From NCBI GenBank assembly GCA_030704615.1, contig CM060732.1, positions 21,948,001 to 22,012,000 on the forward strand: DNA of 64,000 nt. The letters are read 5' to 3'. Position 1 is the first letter of the stretch, and each line of letters begins with the position of its first letter. Positions 25,201 through 41,438 of the stretch are shown in pieces. The stretch is from Takakia lepidozioides. Its lineage: Eukaryota > Plantae > Bryophyta. Made by a program: the position numbers and the translations under genes. Below the pieces are notes generated by a model that made no database searches, was not told where the DNA came from, and saw nothing but the letters and a program-made list of their open reading frames with translations.

Positions 25201-26639
25201 ACAAGAACTTGTTGGTTTGTGAACAAGTAACCAACACATTCAAACATCGTTACATTTTTGCAGTGCTCTTCTGCTGTAGGCCTGTACTAAACAGGTACGA
25301 GTGATTAGGCGCCAGGCGACAATATAAAACAGACTGGATGTATTGCATAAGATAGTCTGGAGCTGGTCCTTGTGAACTTGTACCTGTAGAACTTGTTCAG
25401 TTAAAAACCATCGTGCGTACAGTGTCCACCAGAGTCTATAGTCTCAGTAGATAAGCCTATTTAGTGGAAAGGACCCAAATTGAAACAAACATGCATGTGT
25501 ATATATTCGACTGTCTGGTGTGGATCACAACAAGGAAAAGAAAATCATAATCTGAAGCTGGGAATATCTGTCACCAAATTGCTCACAGTGTCACACATGG
25601 AATTTGGGCCCTGGCTACCTGCAAACACATGTGCGAGATCAACATGGGGCCAGTGGAATTCAAACCATGACTGGCGGCATGGTTAAGTAGGCCCATGATG
25701 AGGAGGAATGAATATAAATGGGGAATTTCAACCTCGGGAGAAGAGCGCATATTAGGCCGCAGGCTGTTGCGCGGTCAAAATTGGTGGACCCGCCTCCCTG
25801 ACATCGATAGAGACGATCCTCAAATCATTGGATTTTGATATCCTTCCCACACGGGCCAGGCGGCTTGAAGCACGCCAGCCTGCCTGCTCAGACCCTCCGT
25901 CGTTGCTGTGCAGCTGTTGAGTAAATGGAAGCTGCTACAGTCCCAGTGGTAGTTTCTGAGTTAATGCATCGATTAAGAATTGTGATAAATGTTTTCATCT
26001 CTTGTGTGTCATTGCAGTGCTTTCTTCCCAGATTTTTTCCTACGCTTTATTAAGAGGCGGACACTTCTAACGGTCACTCTCCTTCGGGACAACTTTTTGT
26101 CCCTCCTCCCAGACTCCACTCCAGTCCAGATCTCCCGTACAGCTCTATGACTGGGTGGGCCTTGGCTTGAACCTATCGGGATTTGAGCACAGCCTCCACA
26201 CCGCCACTGCCTCCAAAATCACTGGGGCTTATGTATGTACACATCTGTCCCTGACTTTGTGTATGAATGAAGTTGGAGAATGAGTTCCTGCAGCGCTTGC
26301 ATAAAGGAAGATCTGGGTTGATTAACTTTGTCTGGCTTCTCATCATCGACAGCAGTACGGTGGCCACCTATGATGGGCGAAGCTTCCAACGACGTTTGTC
26401 ATGAGAGAGAATGCCCTTGCGCTCTTGTTGTGGATTCCTGAGGAGAGAAGACCAAGAGTTGGTCTACTTGGGATCCCTACACAAGTTGGGACTCTTGACT
26501 CTTCCCTCTCCAAGCAAATCCAAAACTTTTTAGAGCTTTTAGAAAGGTGTGGACAAGAGCTTGTTTTAGAGTCCATCATTGACAAATATTTTCAAATCAA
26601 TCTATCATTCTCTTTCAAAGTAACCTGGGTATGAGGAAG

Positions 26640-26792
26640 CCCCCACTAGCCCAAAGGTGGCTCTTATATAGTAACTCCAGCTCTGGCCAGCGTCTTCTCT
26701 CCCTCTGCCACAATGGAAAGGGTTGCAAGATTTGAACCCAGAATCACTTGGGCGGCACTCAGTACACTATCCAACCAAGCTAGTACCGTCTA
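26640..26792 (-). mobile_element. tRNA-derived SINE, family B
   Basis: Minus-strand A box TAGCTTGGTTGG and B box GGTTCAAATC. Head is similar to the copies at 27395, 29510 and 36200. Confidence 0.55.
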
Positions 26793-27393
26793 GTGACAAT
26801 GTTTTCATACATGTTTCAATTTAACAGCCGATTCTAAGAATATTTGTAACAGATTTTTATTCAAATTTACAAGATATTGACATATTTTTTGTAATAATCT
26901 CAAATTGGATGGCTCTTATAGCTGGAGAGACGTCTAACAAAGAAAGCTGCACTAATGTGGATGCTCTATGCAGATTATAATTTAAACAAATAATAATAAT
27001 AATAATGCTTAGATTCAATCGTCGGAATATGAGAGCTAATCTGAATCGTTGAAACGTTGAGATGTGATGGTATTTGTGGAGGTAAAATGAGCCTGGGAAG
27101 TTGGTGTCTATAAATGGTGATGTCAGCCTGCCCATGACCCATTTTATGACCGAGGGTGCTTTCAATGGTTGATGAGACAAAGTCAAGCAAGGTTGAATGC
27201 TCGGGCGTCGAGCCATCACCGCGTCACCCATGTCCCATTCCCCCTGCCCGGAGGCTGCAGTACATGATTATGTAATTGTCACTGGCATGGATCATTGCAT
27301 GGTCATGTCCCCCATGGCATGGAGTAGCATCCATGTCTATCTTCTACATCTTCTACACATCACACCTGAGTCTGCATGCCGAAATTGAATCCA

Positions 27394-27570
27394 CCAATCG
27401 GTAGTTTAGTTGGATAGGGAAGGGAGTGCCACCCAGGTGATGTTGTGTTCAAAACCCGCGCCTACCTAGTTGTGGGTCGTATGTTCTTCTCCCACCTACC
27501 ATTGGGTGGCGGCATGTGAGTCTCGTGCTCATGGCGAGGTTACTTTGAAAGAGGTTTCCTCTCAAATTAA
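27394..27570 (+). mobile_element. tRNA-derived SINE, family B
   Basis: TAGTTTAGTTGG...GTTCAAAACC head. Tail GGCGAGGTTACTTTGAAAGAGG is shared with the 29510 copy. Confidence 0.6.
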
Positions 27571-29509
27571 CCCCTAAAGGACAATGCGACCGTCGTAGCG
27601 ATGGATGGAGGTGGGCCCCAAAGCAAAGTTCTAGCTTACGTTGTCAGCTATTGAATGCACTAAACACCGTGCCATTTGGATTAATGACTTCACTTCACTA
27701 CTGACCCATCACTTCACTCAATTTGCTTACCATGCCCATGGGAACATGACCCATGCCGGTGACATGCCTCTAGTTTCTTGATCATGTATTGCGGTGACTG
27801 CGCAGTCCAGCGCGGTGAAGGGTGGGTGACGGGTCGTCAGAGCATTCAACTCCCCGGCTAAAAAATATTGCTGGGCCAAAGTCAAGTAGGAAGTGCGATG
27901 AAAGAATCGATCAAGATATGACTGTCTCACAGGGTCGAAGTTGTGCCAAGTGGTGAGCAGCTGACAGACGGATCCCATCAAAAATATTCTCGTCACTTCT
28001 GCAGATGGTCTCACACCTATGACGCCCACACTCGTGTCGGCCACCATGGATTCACCTTGGCTCTCAGGCATCACCGGTAGGATTTAGTATCTAATCCACC
28101 CACCACCCATTCCGTGGGTGGGGGGAGGCTTTGGAGCTGCAAGCAATCCTCGCTATAGATTATATCACGGATTGTTGAGAGCGGCGCGACAGTAGTGGTG
28201 GAAGTTTCAACTGTAGAGTCTGTTTGAGGAGGCAGTGGGTGAGAAATACTTGTACATCATTTGCCGGCCCCTACAAGATGGGCGCAAAACCTGCCAAATC
28301 TTATTAGCTGCATGTGGACAGAGGTTTCAGCTTGCTGACTGATTATGCTTAGGTGGTGCAAAGGTTCCTTCAACCCAGATCTGAGCGTATCATCGTCTTT
28401 GCTCAAGTAGTAGGCTCACAGAAACCCTGGAACAATTCACCAGGCTGGCACTGGTGTAAGAGAGTCTGCTAGCTGCCAAACTTAGTATGGTTACGCAGCT
28501 GCTCTCACATGCTGCAGCCCTGTCGACCTTGTCGGGTTCGAGCTCTGGGCTAGTATGTTCTTAGATACATAGGCTATGTTCGCAGGGTCCACCCAAACTT
28601 GTGCGGAGATATGGCGCCGCTAGGGAGAGGCGGCGCGCAAAAGGATACAGTAAAGGACCATCAAAGTTGATATGTGCAGCACGCGTGCGCCACATCGCAA
28701 GGCCCACTATAATCAAAGCAACACGCTAGATGCTGCTCGTGCCGGCTCTCCATCATCGTCTTCCTCGTCACGGCCACTTTGCAGCACAGCACCGCACTGC
28801 ACAGCACAACCCACCTCCAGAATCTGCTCTCCCTTGCAGTACCTACCACCTGCCTCTCAGGCTGCAGTACCCAGAACATTCTCCTTTCCCTTACATTTCT
28901 TACATATTTTCCAGAACTACAGCTTTTATTACACAACTAGTTGTTTATGTTCAAGGTACAGGCTAATAAAGGGCTTGCCCATTATTGTGACGTAACTATA
29001 GCCTCAAGGCGGCGATCACATAGCTCTGTGTTTTATTATCCGTGGCGGATTTCCTGTGGGTGCATCAACATGAGTTCATCATCATCTACTTACTACTGGG
29101 ACCACAAAAAGGTTGAGAACAACATCGTGGAAAACAGAAGTACGGTGCATGAAGCAGACAATGCGTAACAAAAAAATGTGTCTTAGAAGAAGGAACCAAC
29201 AAGTACCCCGGATTTGCTGCCCTACTTGTTTTACCAGAAAACCCTTTTTTTCCAAACACAGCCTGCTGTTCTTCCTTCTGACAAAACTGATCAAAATTCC
29301 GTGTTTCTGACATAATGTTGATTAAAAATACTAGCTTTGAAGGGGTCAATCTGGGCAACTGAAGCTGACTACAGCGATGATGGGTCCATAGATGTGAAAT
29401 AATAGTTGAGGAGACTAGCACTTCAACTCAATGAATGATACTGTTTTTTTAGCAAAAAAAGAAAAAAAAGGAAAACACCTGGGAGCGACAGCTCACAAAT
29501 CAGGCCCCT

Positions 29510-29658
29510 TAATTATAGTGAGAGGAAAAAATAACCTCTTTCAAGAGTAACCTCGCCTTGAAGGCTTTCACATGGGAGCCATCAAGGTAGCAGGATTTGA
29601 CCCCAGAATAATCTGGGTGGCACCGATCGCACTATCCAACTGAGCTACCGACAGTTGG
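29510..29658 (-). mobile_element. tRNA-derived SINE, family B
   Basis: Minus strand reads TAGCTCAGTTGG...GGGTCAAATCC...GGCGAGGTTACTCTTGAAAGAGG. Confidence 0.65.
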
Positions 29659-30819
29659 TATAGAACTATTTGTCTACTATTAATCAAATACAGGGAATGG
29701 GGTTTTTTAATCTTTTCCCCTCTTATATAAAATTTGAGGGCCACTATAGTCCCCTCCATCCCAGAGTGACCTCTCACACTCACTCACATAATACAAACAA
29801 TTTTCCACTCATTTGCACATTTAATTGAGCTGATATGAGGGCCCAAGGTTACATCTGCTACATAAACCATCTTTAAGATACAAGTGTATATGGAGCATAT
29901 GACCTGGCGTATCCGGCTTATCCCAACAAAATGTGTTACAAGCCAACAGTCTGAGTATTCTGGATGATAGAGGAATCGAGTGCACCGATAGCACACGTAA
30001 TCGTCTAATCATCCCTTGCCAAGTGCAAAAAGCTTAGTTTGATACAAGGGGTACACGTAGAAAGCTTTTTGGATGGTAGCTTGAGACAATCCCAACAAGT
30101 CGCAATTGTCCACGACTTGGTCTTTTTCCGGTCTTGACTCGGATTCGGATGTTTAATATTCATTTCATAATGTCGGACCGGAACAATTCCATCTTACAGC
30201 AATGATGAATAGCGTTGTGATAAAATCGACCGGATGCGAAAATATGAGTTTCTTTTTTCCGAACCATGACTGTCATTTAGGCCTGGGCCCAAGAAGCCAA
30301 AAAAAAGGGGGTGAAGACAAGTAAACGAGTGCAGTATGTAAGTACCGTATCATGAAAGGAGAAAAAGAAGAAAAAAATAGGTGCCAGGTTGGGCAATAAT
30401 ACAAAAATGACAAGCAGGCTGGGCTCTGTACTGGGTACCTCGTTGCAGCAGCAGCAGCAGTCTGCAGGCAGCTACAAAAGTGTGGCCGCCATGCCATAAG
30501 CAGAAGGCAGTGTGCGGAGGGCAGGAAGTTGGGGGATGATGCAGAGTCCAGATGACTACGAAAGTTTGCAGGCGAGTATAAAGACGAGGAGAGTGACGAT
30601 GCAGCACGGCAGCAATCCCAACACGAGCTCTGCCCATGCAGACCTAGATGTGTTTGAGTGAAGCTTTTACCCTACCTAGCGCCCGTGGCGGCCGGTGCAA
30701 ATCTGTGCTGCTGTGAAGAGGAACCCAGAACGAGGACAATGAAGAGGGCAGAGATGGTACAAAGCCCTGTCAGCATGGCCGCCTGGCCCCAGCACCTTGC
30801 GCTATTTGACATGCCGATA

Positions 30820-30845
30820 TACCTATAAATTACAACACGTGGCCG
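30820..30845 (+). promoter_or_regulatory. Putative TATA box plus G-box upstream of the TAR gene
   Basis: CCTATAAAT followed by CACGTG and a CT-rich leader, ~770 bp upstream of the ATG. Confidence 0.4.
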
Positions 30846-31597
30846 CTTTACGGATTCAGAAAATACCTTTCATTCTCTCTCGGGCCGACCTTCTCCCGGT
30901 TCTTCTCCCTCCCTCCAGAGTATACGTACCTCTTCCGTTCTCATAATTCGGTGGACCCTTCACAAGTGTATGTGACTAGCCCCGAGTTCTCCCGAGCTCT
31001 ATCTCTCTGGACTTTTGTCCTTTGTGTGTCTGAATAGAGAGCGTCTTTCTCTAGTGTGCTGATGTGTGTTCTTGGTCACCCATATCTCTTCAGTGTCCTT
31101 GTTGGGTTACTGGTGTGCCCGAACCGACATCTGCCTTCACCCTCTCGTTGTGTACCGACAGAGGTCTCTCGCTCAGAAATAGGCCTGGCACTTTTACCTT
31201 CGAAGTTAGTCTTTTTTCTTGTAGAGATGTAGGGTCACCAACCTGCAAGCGTCAGGCGCACTCTCTCTCTCTCCCTCCCTCTTTCTGCTTTTGATGTGGC
31301 AGCCCCTCTACCTCTATTCCTTCTAGTCTCATGTCCCGAGAGAAATGTCCTGGTCTAGCTTATCAATTAGGTTCAACTTCTCTGCATCTCGCTTGATTAA
31401 ATCTAGGGAGGCTTGCAACAGCTCAAAGGCCCTCTTGACAGCATCTGACCTACATAGACCGCAACCAGCACCTCGATTGCCAACAAGGAGCCTGATGGAG
31501 TGCAGATCGAAAACCTTTTAAAGCGTAGATGTAACCTTCATCAGGCATAGGCTGGACAGTTCAGCAGAGTTGTTTGCAGATTCCAGACGGCTTGGAC

Positions 31598-34551
<2,954 letters not shown>

Positions 34552-34999
34552 CGTACGCATCTCTCCACCGGGCTTGGACATGGTTTCACATCAAGGGGAA
34601 ATTTTAGCCATCCCGCCTGCTTTGCAAAGTTTGAATCAACCCCAAGTTTAAGATGGTCATTTGAAAGATATTCATTCTCATGATCAATACCCGAGTTTGA
34701 GATGGTTTCTGAACACACCCATTTCTCTCCTCACTCTTCGAAGTTCTTGGTCCACACACATAACGCAGGGTGGTACTCAATTGTATCAACAGTAGCCTCA
34801 CAACCCAGACGTACAAGCTCGTCACAGTCTGGTTTTGATGTTTTGTCCAAAAGACAAGATTCTCTTGAAAAGGATGATTATGTTCATACAAACTTGAACA
34901 TTTTGTGCAATTAGAATTTATAATGTGAAATTTTAGGTTTTTTCAAAATATTATTTCATATAAGTTCTTTCCTTATTGTTCTCCGTTTTTCCTAAAAAC

Positions 35000-35540
35000 G
35001 GAAGATAATAAAAATAATGTAAGAACTTAACTCACAGGGCTATCTCTGACAGGGTACGCTGGTTTCTGGCATGTCAAATCTTCCCCACCCTCGCTTGAGA
35101 GTGACATGGAACTGAAGGAGTGTAAACTCCAGTCGGGGTTACACGACGACGTGTGTAACTCCACTTGGGGTCACAATGGGTTACACAATGAGGTGTGTTA
35201 ACTCCACTCGGTGTCGGCTACACTTGGTCTCAAAATTTGACTGTCCAAAGGTGGCTAAGTATAAAATGGACTAACTATAGTTATATGAGAAACCAGGGTT
35301 ACACGGATTGGAATATACTAATACCCAGATTACACTCCATCAAGAGTCGAACCTGGAACGTCGTTGCCTGCAATGCCTCCACCTTAACATCACGCTATCT
35401 ACAGGATGAAACCCACTTGGATTCTTAAGTACTTAATAGTGAAAACGAGGTAAGAGGGGCTGAGCCCGGCTGCCGGAATCCGGCAAAAGTACCGTCAGAT
35501 TGCATGCATCCATTAAATCTTATATTATTCCTATTGTCCT
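35000..35540. mobile_element. MITE, copy 1 (degenerate TIRs)
   Basis: Direct-repeat homologue of 35573-36161. Confidence 0.7.
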
Positions 35541-35572
35541 AAAGGCAACAAAGATCTTTCAAGAAAAGTCAT

Positions 35573-36161
35573 GGAAGATAATAGGAATAATGTAAGAACT
35601 TAATGCACTCGTGCACAACAGGATGGTACGCCGGTTTTTGGCATGTCAAATCTTCCCCACCCTCTGTTGATAGTGACATGGAACTAAAGGAGGATAAACT
35701 CCATTCCGGGTTATAGTGAGTTACACGACGAGGTGTGTAACTCTACTCGGGGTTACACGACGAGGTGTGTAATTCCAATCGGAGTTACACGGAATTGAGT
35801 GTAACTCCACTCGATGTAACTCACACTTGGTCTCGAAATTTGACCGAGTATAGAATGGACAAACCAGAGCTACATGAGAGGACAAGGGAGACCGGCAGTA
35901 TTACACCGGATGGAATACTACAAGAATATCCTATCAAGAATCGAACCCGAAACCTCGCCACCTACAATGCTATCACCTTACCAGCACGCCTCTCACCACA
36001 GCTTGAAACCCACTTGGATTCTTGAGTATTTACTAGTGAAACCGAGGTAAGAGGGGGTGGGGAGGATTTGACAGGGGCCCGGCGGAGGAGCCCAGGCTGC
36101 CGGAATCCTGCCAAAGTACCGTCAGATCGCACGTGTTCTTACATTATTCCTATCGTCTTCC
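35573..36161. mobile_element. MITE, copy 2, with 27-bp TIRs
   Basis: GGAAGATAATAGGAATAATGTAAGAAC ... GTTCTTACATTATTCCTATCGTCTTCC (25/27 match). Internal TTACAC...GTGTAACTCC subrepeats. Followed by (TA)n. Confidence 0.85.
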
Positions 36162-36199
36162 TATATATATATATATATATATATTCAAAAGAGAATCTT

Positions 36200-36370
36200 G
36201 AAAGGAGAATATAACTTCCTTCTTAGTGACCTCGCCATCCTTAAGACAAGGCTCGAGGGACGCTGCCCAAAGCTGGGGGAGAAGATCGCACCACACCTGA
36301 CAAGGTAGCAGGATTTGAACCTAGAATCTAGGTTATTGTAGGTTGATTGCCTAAGCTCTCCAACCGAGTA
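36200..36370 (-). mobile_element. Degenerate family B SINE
   Basis: CAAGGTAGCAGGATTTGAACC and GTGACCTCGCC are shared with the 29510 copy. Confidence 0.5.
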
Positions 36371-36949
36371 ATTGTGGTAAACACAAGCGGCTAGTCGCGT
36401 AACAGCTCCACCCTACTAATTACAAAATTGGCTAGTGGCGAGCCCTACTACTTTTTTTTTTTTGGTTGAAAGGGGATGAAGCCCTTGTTAGTTTTACTCC
36501 TTGCAAAACTGAAAGGCTCGGTTAGAATATAGCTCTTCAATTTCCAAATGGACACCAAGCGCTTCTTTCAGAGCTGTAACCCTTGACCACGAGAAGCTGG
36601 GACTGGAGTTATGCTAAGCCATGCAAACCCGCTTCGGCTTTGGAAGAAGGCTTGAAGGTCCTGATTTTATTGATTTGTTTTTTAAAAATAAATGAAATAT
36701 AAGTTTAAGACCGTCACAGTGACAATAATCCTTTAGGAAAACACTTGAAAAATATTTATGAAATTTAGAATCAAAACATTTTGTGTTTTCACCTGATAGA
36801 AATTAACAATAAATGCAAGGAACAAACGTAAAAAGTTAAAATTGAATGTGATGGAATTGGAGGGATAAATCTGAATGGAACTCAATGTAATGGACTTCCA
36901 TGTGATAAAACTCAAAGGAATTGAATATAATGGAGCCGAAGGGAATTGA

Positions 36950-37118
36950 AAAAGGTGGACGCGTTGCCGAAGCAAGCGTAACTTATGGTGTGGTGTCACT
37001 TGACGCCATAGGGCTACTGCCTTCCGGTGGGAAGGTGGACACCGTAATGACTTCCAACAGGTGGATTGAACCCACAACCACTCGTGAGAGGGTATGTGCC
37101 CTTACCATTGGGCTACAT
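36950..37118 (-). mobile_element. tRNA-derived SINE, family A
   Basis: Minus strand reads TAGCCCAATGG...GGTTCAATCC...GGTGTCCACCTTCC...CCATAAGTTACGCT, as at 13084. Confidence 0.7.
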
Positions 37119-37432
37119 GTTGATTGTCAAAAATTGAGAGAAAGTGAATATAACCGGGGCTTCGCGTTGCTCCGCACTACTAGCGACGACTTCTGAGAAG
37201 GACGTCCGGACGGATGGGCCATACTGGAGGAACTTGAGAGAGAGTTGGAGGGGTTTTCCATGGGTCGTCTTGGTAAACAAATAGATTTGGACTATGATAA
37301 ATCAGTATTTTTTTATTATCCGTTGTGAGCATGCATTGGGACATGATAGACTTTTTGAAAAGGAGAAGGAGGATGGTCTTTATAAAATATGGTGGCCCTT
37401 ACATGGAACGTTTAGATATGTCTAATTTAAGC

Positions 37433-38158
37433 TCTACCAAGCTATGCTTTTGCTCCAGTTGTCGTCATTCAACTCTGTCTCCTCTCGTGCTTTGGCCAAC
37501 AGTTTGACCCCTTCTAGTTGGAATGAAAGCCCGTGTTTCTTTTGACGAAAATTCATCCAAGATCAGATTTTACACTTGACTGCAACGAGATCCCCTGAAC
37601 GTACGGATTCTCCATCCATTTTTTGGCCATTTTCGTTAAGGACTTCTATTGTATTGTACATCTCGTCGTTGTTTGTTTTTTGACGTTTGTTGTTACCGGA
37701 CGTCGAGCCAAAGTTGTTTGCGTCAATTTTTAGGAGCTTTTCGTGAAGCTTATGTTGTTTCCACCTATCCACGTCATGTCCTCGCCTCTCCTCCTTCAAT
37801 TATCGAACCATTTTGTATTGTATTTGCATAGTCGAACAAGAAATGGCTGTCTTCTATCAATATTGTGAATTTTGCGTCTTTTAGTTCTTTGGCGAAAGTC
37901 ACGAATCTGTAATTCCCGGTTTTGCCAATACCTACGAAGATTGCTATTTCTTCACGGTCCGAAGGGACGTTCCACAAGGCACTATGGGAGTTTGTCCTGT
38001 AGGGCAAGCGCTTCCATGTGTTCCCCACCTTTAAGGTATGATGGTCATTGGACGCAAAAACTGTCGTATATCACGTTTGTCATGTCCTGGTGGGCTATTT
38101 CCTGGATTTGTTGGTCCGTTTCAGTGTCTATTGTGTCGGCTATTTCCGACGTTGACAT
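37433..38158 (-). pseudogene. Degenerate intronless ORF with a possible SSB-like OB fold
   Basis: Joining frames across frameshifts and one TGA gives ...IEVLNENGQKMDGESVRSGDLVAVKCKI*SWMNFRQKKHGLSFQLEGVKLLAKAREETELNDDNWSKSIAW. The fold call is by eye only. Confidence 0.3.
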
Positions 38159-38689
38159 GGTTGTTTGCATGTGCAGAGAGAGAGAGAGAGAGGAGGGGCA
38201 GGGCAGATAAAGTAGGGTTTTTTAGGAGAATTAACCCTATGAGTGCAACTTTAAAATTAATCACGCTAATCTATAGACTGTGCTTTCTCTCTCAGACCGA
38301 GGTTGATGCTACACCGCTTTGCTTGGGAAGTTAGGTGCAAGGTGCGATGTAACAGTATGTTTATTCCTCTGCTTCACCTGTACTTGGAAGCATCATTGGA
38401 TTAGGGACCCTCTCACAATCGGTTATTTTTTTAGCAGCAACACCTAGTGAAGACGAAAGGCCTAGTCCATTGATGTTTTATTCAGGCCCAGCTATGTTAA
38501 TTGAGGAATTCCAATAGGAGATGGCCCTTCACTTCCTGATCACAATTGTTTTGTTCCTGTCATAAAACCAGAGAACCTCACATTAGAACATATAGGCTTA
38601 CAATACATACAGATCCATCTGCACTTTTTCAGTGCTCAAAGACTGGCAAAGGCATCAGAATACGCATGACGTTCACCTACCAGCATCAC

Positions 38690-40860
38690 CCATTCACAAT
38701 CTCCAAGCCTCCCTGCCACACTCAGTATAAACAGAGTACACATAAGTTCCTTGCTTTGCATCCTCAATGCACCCACATTGGGCATACATGTCCCCGGGCA
38801 AGTTCAGAATGACATCTGGTACAATTCCAGCTTTGACAATGTCACCATAGACCTCTTTTGACCTTTTCCAGGCTGCCAGGCTTGCACAAGCATTGCAATC
38901 ACACAAAACATGATGTGGTCGGGCTTCACCCCTTCCCCCATAATTTGATTATAGGTCTCCAAATCCACCATCCCACGTCCCTGCTGTGCATACCTTGCGA
39001 TGTTTGTGAGTGTGCACCTGCTTTCCAGCTTCCAGACCTTTCTTGGCGTGAATCCACATCAGAGTTTGTTGGCACTAGGAAGGGTTCAGACTGAGCTGCT
39101 CAACTACTCCCTGGTCTTAGTGGATTTACATAGTGTGGCCAACACAACATCTGGTGCCAAAGCTCATCCAGTGCCCCTGATGTGCATACCCTGCAAGCAT
39201 CGAGTTCGACGACACCACATCTCAGCAACTATCAAAGGTTTACTCAACTAGTAACTTGCAGAAATGAACATGAAATTTAAGGACGATTTCGATAGAGGGG
39301 AAAACAGAGTGAAATGTTTTGAAGAAGGTGTCTTCATTAGCAGCCTGATTTTATGAATTGTGCCGCTGCTGCTGAATCTGGACCCACCCTTTTCCCTTTT
39401 CCAGGGCTGCCAGGCTTGCACAAGCATTGCCAACGCACACAAACGTGATGTGGTTGCACTTCACCTTTTCCCCAGCATTTGTTCATAGGTCTCCAAGGCC
39501 TCCATCCTGCGCCCCTGCTGGCATATCCTGCAAGCAAGACACTCCCTCCACATCCTCAATTCCCACATTTGGCATCCATGTCCATGAGGGTATTGTTCAG
39601 AATCACATCTGGTACAATTCCAGCTTTGGCAATGCAACATGCACATTTTTGCCCTTCTCCAGGGCTGCCAGGCTTGCACACGCACTGCAAACACACACAA
39701 ACCTGATCAGCCCAAACCAATGGCCAGCTTCTCACTGTGGTGGCAAGAGAAAATTTCTTTTCCTCCTTCCCCACATCATGAAATACAAAGCACGTGTCAG
39801 GCACACCCCCCCCTCCTTTCATCTGCCCAGACATCTTCTCAGCTCAGCATGATTTCCTTAATTCTAGGATGCAGCGAAGGTGTGCACCCTGTTGCAAATC
39901 TCAATGCAGCAGCGACTTGGCTCCTTTCTAACCCCTCTGACCTTCATCATTCTTCTCACACTCCTGCTTTTGCGATGCAACCATGCACCCCTTCGCTCAT
40001 TTCCAGGGCTGCCAGGCTTGCAAACACACAGACGTGATGTGGTCGGGCTTCACCCCTTCCCCTATCATTTGCTCATAGGTCTCCAAAGCCTCCCATCCCA
40101 CGCCCCTGCTGTGCATACCCTGCAAGCATTGCGTTCCACGACACCACATTCATTCAGCGATATAGTTTGAACACTGCCTTCGCATCCTCGATGCTCCCAC
40201 ATTTGGCATACATGTCCACGAGGGCATTGTTCAGAATAACATCGGGTACAATTCCAGCTTTGACGATGTCACCATGGACCTCTTTCCCCTTTTCCAGGGC
40301 TGCCAAGCTTGCACACGCATTGCAAACACAAACTAAGATGATGTGGTTGGGCTTCACCCCTTCGCAGAGTACACATAAGTTCCTTGCTTTGCATCCTCAA
40401 TGCACCCATATTTGGCATACATGTCCACCAGGGCAGAGTTCAGAATGACATCTGGTACAATCCCAGCTTTGACAATGTCACCATGGACCTCTTTACCCTT
40501 TTCCAGGGCTGTCAGGCTTGCACAGGCATTGGAATCACAAACAAACGTGATGTGGTTGGGCTTCACCCCTTCCCCCATCAATTGATCATAGGTTTTCCAA
40601 AGCCACCAACCCACGTCCCTGCTGTGCATACCCTGCAAGCATAGCGTGCCACGACACCACATCTTGTTCAGCCATAGTGTTGAAAACTCCCTTCGCATCC
40701 TTGGCATGAATCCACTATGGATAATGTGAGTGTGCACCTGCTTTCCAGCTTCCAGACCTTTCATCTTGATGCACTTAAGCAAGAGACAAACAAACGTATC
40801 TGAATCTGCTGAAATGCCTCCAACATTAATTGGCATACATGTCCACGAGGGTATTGTGGG
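38690..40860 (-). pseudogene. Shuffled PPR, E and DYW debris
   Basis: Many DMYAKCG and KPNHITFVC fragments, a DYW fragment at 39700-39930, a linker remnant (AAAAQFIKSG) at 39340-39380, and 38733-39030 duplicating parts of 40367-40760. Confidence 0.85.
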
Positions 40861-41438
40861 CTAGGGAAATGTATTGAAATAAGTGAGGAAAAAATAACCT
40901 CGGAGTACAGACCATGAGGATGAGAAAGGGGACACGGGGACACTGCCCCAACCTAAAAACAGGAAGAGCTGCAGGAAGCTTAGGACAAAAAGATTCCGCA
41001 GCGAGGGTATGGAGCTGTGAAGGACTAGAAGCTGGCGTTCACGGTTCTAGTGCCTAGAAGAAAAGAAAGAAAGATGGGCCTTAGATTTGCCCTTCCTAAG
41101 AGACCTTACAACAACGGTAGATGTTAAAATCTTTGGATACTCTATTACGGAGAGAATCAGAAGGAGAGAACAATAAAACACATCGAGGTGCACAGAGAAA
41201 TAAATGTTGGAGTCAGGAAAACATACAAATCTGTAGAAGAAAGACGATGATGGAACTGTTTTTTCCCGGGACTTCACTGCTGGTGTTGGATGATCCTTCA
41301 TCCATGGTGGAAAGCTCACAAAAAATGCGACAGCAAATGGTTTGTCAGCTCTGCCGCTTTACTATTCAGTTACAAAACAGGATACCTTTCACCCTTCATG
41401 TTTAAGTGGTGCACTTTCTTTTCATGGATGTTGTTGTT

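Noticed and set aside
23900-29450. Various short ORFs (e.g. 24962-25243, 27727-28074, 29070-29168)
   Set aside because: No motifs or splice-consistent model that I can support.
29580-29655. tRNA genes (also 13084, 27394, 37040)
   Set aside because: A/B boxes are present but I could not fold a convincing cloverleaf, and each continues into a shared repeat body, so they are SINEs.
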